Source: Candidatus Enterousia sp. (GTDB lineage Bacteria; Pseudomonadota; Alphaproteobacteria; Rs-D84). From it: a stretch of 64,000 nt of DNA. Within the stretch, counting starts at the first letter, position 1. Every line of letters begins with the position of its first letter. The stretch covers positions 1,062-65,061 of the forward strand of contig JAZROY010000009.1 in the NCBI GenBank assembly GCA_045648925.1. The letters run 5' to 3'. The notes beneath the pieces are model-generated. The model was not told where the DNA came from and made no database searches. It saw only the letters and a list, made by a program, of their open reading frames with translations. Shown here in pieces: positions 59,209 through 64,000 of the stretch. A program made the translations under genes and the position numbers.

Positions 59209-59939
59209 TAAATCAATCCCCCATTTACGGATATAACTTGACGCGTGATATATGATGCATCATCGCTTAATAAATATGCAACCAAAGACGCAATTTCATT
59301 TGGCTTTCCCATACGGCGCATTGGTATCATTTTTTGAATTTCTTCGATTGGTAATTCAGATGTCATGTCTGTTTCAATTACACCGGGTGCAATTGCGTTC
59401 ACAGTTATATCGCGTTTTGCCAATTCTAAAGCCAAAGATTTTATCGCACCAATTATGCCAGCTTTGGATGCTGCATAATTAACCTGACCACGATTACCCA
59501 TAACACCAGAAACAGATGACAACGCAATAATACGACCTGGTTTACGAGCTGCAACCATAGGCATAACACAAGGATGTAATACATTATAAAGCCCGTCCAG
59601 ATTTGTATGTAATACTTTATCCCATACATCACCATTCATTGCTGGGAACGGGGTATCAGCAGCGATACCTGCATTACATATAACACCATAATATGCGCCA
59701 TATTCATTTATATCATTTATCAAAACCTGTTCTGTATTTTCACGATTAGATATATCAAACGATATCAAACGCGCATTTGCCCCCAAAGATTCAACCTCTT
59801 TTAAAACTTGTTCTGCAGCTGCTTTGTTTGAATTATAATGTAAAACCAAATCATACCCAAGCGGCGCAAGATAAAGCGCAATGGCGCGCCCTATGCCACG
59901 CGAAGCACCTGTAATTAAAACTGTCTTATTCATTTCCAT
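59208..59939 (-). CDS. fabG: 3-oxoacyl-ACP reductase (ApeQ-like)
   Basis: GASRGIG, NYAASK, APGVIET. Confidence 0.93.
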   Translation of the reverse strand: MEMNKTVLITGASRGIGRAIALYLAPLGYDLVLHYNSNKAAAEQVLKEVESLGANARLISFDISNRENTEQVLINDINEYGAYYGVICNAGIAADTPFPAMNGDVWDKVLHTNLDGLYNVLHPCVMPMVAARKPGRIIALSSVSGVMGNRGQVNYAASKAGIIGAIKSLALELAKRDITVNAIAPGVIETDMTSELPIEEIQKMIPMRRMGKPNEIASLVAYLLSDDASYITRQVISVNGGLI

Positions 59940-60393
59940 ACTCCATAAAGTTGTTTATATCATCTGGTCTGAATGCGTTCAAGTTTCCATCTGCAACAAC
60001 ATTGTTATTTGAATCATATATCTTACATTCAAATGATGCAATATTGTTATCACAAAACAAAGATTGAACATGAACATAATAACTTTCGCCCACATTAAAC
60101 TTTGGAATCATAAAATGTAAATCACGCGACCCCATAATGAACCCAGCAACCGCCTTGGTTTCGCCGGTAACATGTATATCTTGGGCGCCAATATAGCATG
60201 CAATTGATTGTGCCATATATTCCAGTGCAGCACAAGATGGAACACCGTTTATATTCTTTTGAAAAAGCAAATCTGTATCTTTGATATCTATGCGCGTAAC
60301 CATTTTTTGATTATCAAAATCAACATCTTCTATCGCGGTTATAAATGCCATAGGTGCTTTTTGTGGTAATAAATCAATCGGATTCCAATTCAT
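59926..60393 (-). CDS. Hotdog-fold dehydratase (ApeP-like)
   Basis: LLPQKAPM, LEYMAQSIA. Confidence 0.85.
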   Translation of the reverse strand: MNWNPIDLLPQKAPMAFITAIEDVDFDNQKMVTRIDIKDTDLLFQKNINGVPSCAALEYMAQSIACYIGAQDIHVTGETKAVAGFIMGSRDLHFMIPKFNVGESYYVHVQSLFCDNNIASFECKIYDSNNNVVADGNLNAFRPDDINNFMEYGNE

Positions 60394-60394
60394 T

Positions 60395-61549
60395 TTATTT
60401 TCCCATAATTATACTGGCATTACTGCCCCCAAAAGCAAACGCATTACATAAAATGCGATTTATTTCTTTATTTTCATTTTTGCCTGATAAGTGAATTTTC
60501 GCACAATCAGACGCAAACACACCGTCAAACACATGCGGTATCACAAAATTGTGTTTAAGCATCAACCAAGACAACCCCATACTTATTGCCCCAGCCGCAC
60601 CCAATGTATGTCCAGTTAATGGTTTTGTTGATGCACACAAAACATTTTCACCAAATACATTATTTATCGCCAAAGATTCCATTGCATCGTTTGCTGTTGT
60701 TCCTGTGCCATGCATATTTATGAAATCTATGTCGCTTGGTTTTAATTGCGCATCTGCCAAAGCCTTTTCCATAGAAGATATTGCACCCGAACCAGTTGGT
60801 TCAGGACTGGTTAAATGATATGCGTCAGAACTTTCACCAATACCCAAAAGTTTTATACCATTATCACCCTTTTCCATAATAAACAAAGCAGCCCCTTCGC
60901 CCAGGTTTATTCCATTTCTGTTTTCTGAAAAAGGATTTGTGTGTATTTTGCTTAATGCGCCCAAAGCATTAAAACCATTTAATGCAAAATCGCAACGCGC
61001 ATCAACCCCACCAACCAACAGTGCATCACAAATACCATTTTCAATCAACTGACGCGCAGATTGAAAAACCTTTAAACTGGACGAACATGCTGTCGATACA
61101 GTAAAAGCGGGCCCACAAAAACCAGTTTTGGCGCAAATATATTCAACAGGTGTCCCAAGTTCTAAATCTTGTATCACATCTTTTGGTAAATCTGTATTAT
61201 TTTGAAATGCGGTTTCGATAAGTTTTTGCGCCTCGTGCACACCTGTATTAGAAGAACCAACTATAATTCCAACACGATTTTTTGCATAGGTTTTCTTTAA
61301 TAATTCAATATCATCGGCAATTTGATTTATTGCGCAATCTATTAAATCATACATGCGAAGTTCTTGATTTCTTTGGACAGGCGCATATCCAAAAGGAACA
61401 ATTTCACCATCAACAAAGACCTTTTCTGCAAACATACCTTGGGTATTACCAATTCGTGCATTTTTCATGATATCATCATGATTTGCGCCCAGCGCGCACA
61501 CAAAACCAAGATTTTTTAACACGTATTCCATTTCAAATCCAACTTGCAA
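60395..61549 (-). CDS. Beta-ketoacyl synthase (ApeO-like)
   Basis: STACSSS, HGTGT..ND, STKPLTGHTLG, AFAFGG. Confidence 0.9.
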   Translation of the reverse strand: MQVGFEMEYVLKNLGFVCALGANHDDIMKNARIGNTQGMFAEKVFVDGEIVPFGYAPVQRNQELRMYDLIDCAINQIADDIELLKKTYAKNRVGIIVGSSNTGVHEAQKLIETAFQNNTDLPKDVIQDLELGTPVEYICAKTGFCGPAFTVSTACSSSLKVFQSARQLIENGICDALLVGGVDARCDFALNGFNALGALSKIHTNPFSENRNGINLGEGAALFIMEKGDNGIKLLGIGESSDAYHLTSPEPTGSGAISSMEKALADAQLKPSDIDFINMHGTGTTANDAMESLAINNVFGENVLCASTKPLTGHTLGAAGAISMGLSWLMLKHNFVIPHVFDGVFASDCAKIHLSGKNENKEINRILCNAFAFGGSNASIIMGK

Positions 61550-61608
61550 AACAGGAATTTTTTTTTATAATGACCTTAGTATTCTATAAAAAAATCGATT
61601 TTTCAAGT

Positions 61609-62238
61609 ATGAACAACACTTTGTATATTGATAAATTTGTATTCTGGACGGAAAATGAAGCAGAAAAGATTCCGGATGTTTCGTTTATTCCTGCTATGTT
61701 GCGGCGCAGAATGAATACAGTTGAAAAAATAGCGGTGGCATTGGCACAGAAAATCGCCCCCGAATACAATGATTATAGAATTGTTTTTGCATCTCGCTTT
61801 GGGGAATGGGAACAAACAATTAAACTTATTCATCAATTTTATACCGACAAAGAAATGTCCCCTGCGGGATTCAGTAATTCCGTTCACAATGCATCAATGG
61901 GACAATTATCTTTGCTGACAAACAATAAAAATTCTTATACATCGATTGCGGCTGGTGAAAGGACAATTGAAAATGCCTTGTTGGATGCAATCACTTCTGA
62001 TAAACCTGTATTATTCGTTTATGCCGAAGAAAAAAATCCAGATGAATATGAAAAAATATTGGATACACCCGTTTGTTCTCACGGATGTGCAATATATCTG
62101 GATAAAAGCGGAACAAATGCGTATGAATTAAATACAAATGATAAAGATTTGCCATCTTTGTCTTTTAGGCAACTGCACGATTATCTGGAAAACGGGAAAG
62201 ATATTGAAACATCCAATTGGAAATTATCAAAGAAATAA
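61609..62238 (+). CDS. Ketosynthase chain-length factor (ApeC-like)
   Basis: IPAMLRRRM, VFASRFGE, SPAGFSNSVHNA. Confidence 0.88.
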   Translation: MNNTLYIDKFVFWTENEAEKIPDVSFIPAMLRRRMNTVEKIAVALAQKIAPEYNDYRIVFASRFGEWEQTIKLIHQFYTDKEMSPAGFSNSVHNASMGQLSLLTNNKNSYTSIAAGERTIENALLDAITSDKPVLFVYAEEKNPDEYEKILDTPVCSHGCAIYLDKSGTNAYELNTNDKDLPSLSFRQLHDYLENGKDIETSNWKLSKK

Positions 62239-62987
62239 TGAAAAGATTTTTTCGTTCTTTTTTAAGTGGTTTTTGCTTTGCCATATTTGGAATTGGCGGG
62301 ATTTTGGTTGGTGCAACAATTGTCCCATTGCTTTTAATATTCTGTTCAAAAACCAAACAAAAAGAAATTTTATCTGGCACAGTTCATCGTTTATGGAAGG
62401 TTTTTGTTAAATTGATGTGCCTTTTGAAACTGATAGATGTTAAAATAAAAAACGAAAAAGAAATGAAAAAACTGCGTGGCAATATAGTTGTCGCGAATCA
62501 TCCATCATTAATAGATGTTGTGATATTGGTGTCCATAATACCACACTCTATATGCGTAGTAAAAGGCAGTTTATTTAAAAATTTCTTTATAAAATCTTTA
62601 ATTCGCCGGGTTTATCTTTCAAATAGTATGGTCCCAGAAGATTTTCTGAATCAAGCAACCAAAGATTTAGATGCCGGTTATAACATAATAATTTTTCCCG
62701 AAGGAACAAGGACTTTGACAAACAAAACTGTTCATTTTCATCGTGGCTTTGCATACTTACAAATGTTTTCAAAACACAACATTCAACCAATTCACATAGA
62801 AAACAAACCACATATATTGGGCAAAGGTTCAAAATGGTGGGATGTTGGCAATACAACATCTGTTTATACTCTGAAAATGTTGCCTGCGATTATTTTTGAT
62901 GAAAATCTTGACCCCAAAGAAAGACAAAACGCAATTTCAATCACAGAAACAACAAAAAAATCTTTATTTAGGACACAGATTGCTTGA
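62238..62987 (+). CDS. Lysophospholipid acyltransferase (ApeD-like)
   Basis: NHPSLID, FPEGTR. Confidence 0.9.
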   Translation: MKRFFRSFLSGFCFAIFGIGGILVGATIVPLLLIFCSKTKQKEILSGTVHRLWKVFVKLMCLLKLIDVKIKNEKEMKKLRGNIVVANHPSLIDVVILVSIIPHSICVVKGSLFKNFFIKSLIRRVYLSNSMVPEDFLNQATKDLDAGYNIIIFPEGTRTLTNKTVHFHRGFAYLQMFSKHNIQPIHIENKPHILGKGSKWWDVGNTTSVYTLKMLPAIIFDENLDPKERQNAISITETTKKSLFRTQIA

Positions 62988-63040
62988 CAATCTTTGTTTG
63001 TTTTCCTAGTATTTGTCAATAGTTCATATAAGGGTAAAAA

Positions 63041-63316
63041 ATGAAAAAAGAAATTCTTGAACAAGAAATCAAAGAACTGATTATATCTGCTTTGGATTTA
63101 GAGGATATCACCGTTTCCGATATTGATTCTAGCGCCCCTTTGTTCAACGATGGTTTGGGGCTTGATTCCATTGACGCGTTGGAATTGGGTATGGCATTAA
63201 AAAAGAAGTATGGTGTTAATTTCAAATCAGACAAAGAAGAAAACAAACAATATTTTAAATCTGTGGAAAGTTTGGCAAAATATATCGCAGAATCTAAAAA
63301 CATTACATTGGAGTAA
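63041..63316 (+). CDS. Acyl carrier protein 1 (ApeE-like)
   Basis: GLGLDSIDALEL. Confidence 0.92.
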   Translation: MKKEILEQEIKELIISALDLEDITVSDIDSSAPLFNDGLGLDSIDALELGMALKKKYGVNFKSDKEENKQYFKSVESLAKYIAESKNITLE

Positions 63317-63320
63317 TCAA

Positions 63321-63575
63321 ATGCATACAAAAGAAGAAATTTTTAACACAATTAAAGATATTTTGGTCAAAGATTTCGGCTGTGAAGAAGCCAAAGTTAA
63401 AACGGAATCTAATCTGGTCGAAGATTTAGACCTGGACAGTATCGATGCGGTTGATTTAATCGTTAAATTACAAAGCAAAATCAACCAAAAGGTTAATCCA
63501 GAAGATTTCAGACAAATCCGCACCATAGGGGATATTGTTGATGCCGCTGAAAAAATTGTTAACAATAATCACTAA
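63321..63575 (+). CDS. Acyl carrier protein 2 (ApeF-like)
   Basis: DLDLDSIDAVDL; start ATG 63321. Confidence 0.92.
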   Translation: MHTKEEIFNTIKDILVKDFGCEEAKVKTESNLVEDLDLDSIDAVDLIVKLQSKINQKVNPEDFRQIRTIGDIVDAAEKIVNNNH

Positions 63576-64000
63576 GATATTTTTTGGTGCATTTGTTGTT
63601 GCTTATCCTTTTATGATTTTTTATGCATTACAACAAAATATCGCAATCCGATTTTTGGGTCTTGTTTTGTTGATGGTGGTAATATTTTCCTTTATAAATA
63701 CAAAAAATAAATATTTGTTTGTGTTGGGACTTGTGCTATGCTTTGCAATAATATTTTTTAATCAAGAAATATTCCTTAAACTTTATCCTGTGTTAATGAA
63801 TGCATCTGTCTGTGCAATTTTTGCGTTATCTTTGCGAAAAACACCGCTTATAACCCAATTCGCACAAAAAATGTGTAATAAACCATTAAACAACAACCAA
63901 ATAACATATACAAAACACGCGACAATTGCATGGGCTGTATTCATGTTTATCAACACATTAATTTCTTTTGTTACAGTATTTTTATCGACAGAAATCTGGA
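63541..64000 (+). CDS. COG4648-type membrane protein (ApeG-like), runs off the right edge (not in ORF track)
   Basis: Manual translation ...AYPF...FLKLYPVLMNAS...SL...P.I...YTKHATIAWAVFMFIN. Confidence 0.85.
   Translation, partial: MPLKKLLTIITKIFFGAFVVAYPFMIFYALQQNIAIRFLGLVLLMVVIFSFINTKNKYLFVLGLVLCFAIIFFNQEIFLKLYPVLMNASVCAIFALSLRKTPLITQFAQKMCNKPLNNNQITYTKHATIAWAVFMFINTLISFVTVFLSTEIW

Overview
64-kb window of an AT-rich bacterial chromosome. An alphaproteobacterium is inferred from the HTH regulator family and gene style; taxonomy cannot be proven here. The left 46 kb is a layered accessory/defence island built at tRNA-Asn(GTT) (2125-2200). Element A (2151-22526) and element B (22475-42529) are tandem integrated elements of about 20.3 and 20.0 kb. 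Each has its own tyrosine integrase, excisionase-like HTH and arm-type repeats, and neither has a recognisable replication, conjugation or capsid gene. Element A carries a GNRA-rich ~400-nt candidate structured RNA, a terminase-small-subunit-like ORF, Type I R-M, an M-S fusion methylase, a Panacea/PemK-like TA pair and several orphan nucleases. Element B carries PLD-SNF2/DUF4391/Type III R-M, a KAP NTPase, a Cas2-like/PIN pair, an iteron-like intergenic region and a MuF-motif/PG-binding/Tlde1-like toxin with a candidate immunity gene. An eroded third layer (about 42510-45796) holds NUDIX, a radical-SAM pseudogene, metG and ASCH. Left of the tRNA lie an ABC-ATPase-HEPN gene and a DUF488 paralogue. 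The right part is mostly core: tag, alaS, lemA-htpX, a MacAB-TolC-like efflux operon, folA, tRNA-Lys(TTT) with a 322-bp hairpin-rich mini-insertion, and an aryl-polyene-type fatty-acid cluster running off the edge. All family assignments come from motif recognition by eye, not database searches.
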